From contig CBDBMJ010000001.1 of the NCBI GenBank assembly GCA_965207455.1, positions 960,001 through 1,024,000 of the forward strand: 64,000 nt of DNA, written 5' to 3'. This document shows positions 63,683 to 64,000 of the stretch, one piece after another. The position numbers and the translations under genes are program-made. The notes beneath the pieces are model-generated. The model saw only the letters and a list, made by a program, of their open reading frames with translations, was not told the DNA's origin and searched no databases. Position 1 is the first letter of the stretch. Every line of letters starts with the position of its first letter. Source of the DNA: Bdellovibrionota bacterium. Lineage in GTDB: Bacteria > Bdellovibrionota > UBA1018 > CAIPTA01 > JAALKR01.

Positions 63683-64000
63683 AAATAACAAATATTCCGC
63701 AATCGTGATTGGCTCAGGCTGCCTTGGCGCAAGTGTTTTTCGATCTTTAAAATTAAAGGGAGTAAGTAAAGTGCTTTTAATTGACAAAAAAAAAGCAGGA
63801 GAAGGAATTAGTGCTCTCAGTGGTGGAATGGTGCGAGTGTTTCATAGAAAAGCTAAAGATAGAATGGCATCTAAGTATAGCCAGAATGTTTTCTATAACT
63901 TAGAAAGAGAAATTGGATTAAATATTTCTAAAGTAGGTTCTCTTTCTATAGTATCCGAAGAAGATATTAGAGATATAAATATTAACGACTTTGAAATCAT
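63672..64000 (+). CDS. FAD-dependent oxidoreductase (DAO/glycine oxidase family), 3'-truncated by the window edge
   Basis: Not in the ORF track. Manual translation: MRNENNKYSAIVIGSGCLGAS...VLLIDK...GEGISALSGGMVR; overlaps the stop of the upstream gene. Confidence 0.8.
   Translation, partial: MRNENNKYSAIVIGSGCLGASVFRSLKLKGVSKVLLIDKKKAGEGISALSGGMVRVFHRKAKDRMASKYSQNVFYNLEREIGLNISKVGSLSIVSEEDIRDININDFEI

Overview
Bacterial chromosomal window. Gene content (Myxococcus-like Ser/Thr kinase, eukaryote-type AdoMetDC, PP2C, many orphan secreted proteins) suggests a Bdellovibrionota/Oligoflexia-like lineage; this is inference only. Housekeeping blocks: sufC-D-S-T-B, clpS-clpA (frameshifted), speD-speE-yebC, signalling genes, pdxST, an oddly placed rpsR-rplX pair, sucAB-lpdA, tatA, rplY, bcp, acuI, an Opp/Dpp ABC transporter, hppA and pepP. 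These alternate with AT-rich accessory segments: (i) 28.2-37.1 kb, two co-oriented IS256 copies bracketing an endonuclease I gene, a second DDE transposase and secreted proteins; (ii) 49.5-56.7 kb, RCC1-repeat, Cys-rich repeat and a frameshifted ~1270-aa lipoprotein; (iii) 60.9-64 kb, a LysR-controlled operon. Two items stand out. First, a 329-nt group I intron, invisible to the ORF track, interrupts the anticodon of a tRNA-Leu(UAG) at 49026-49439. Second, a cupin/MetRS-like didomain protein coupled to a DAO-family flavoenzyme at the right edge has the architecture of hydrazine (N-N bond) synthetase clusters. Several frameshifts and tandem duplications may be assembly artefacts.
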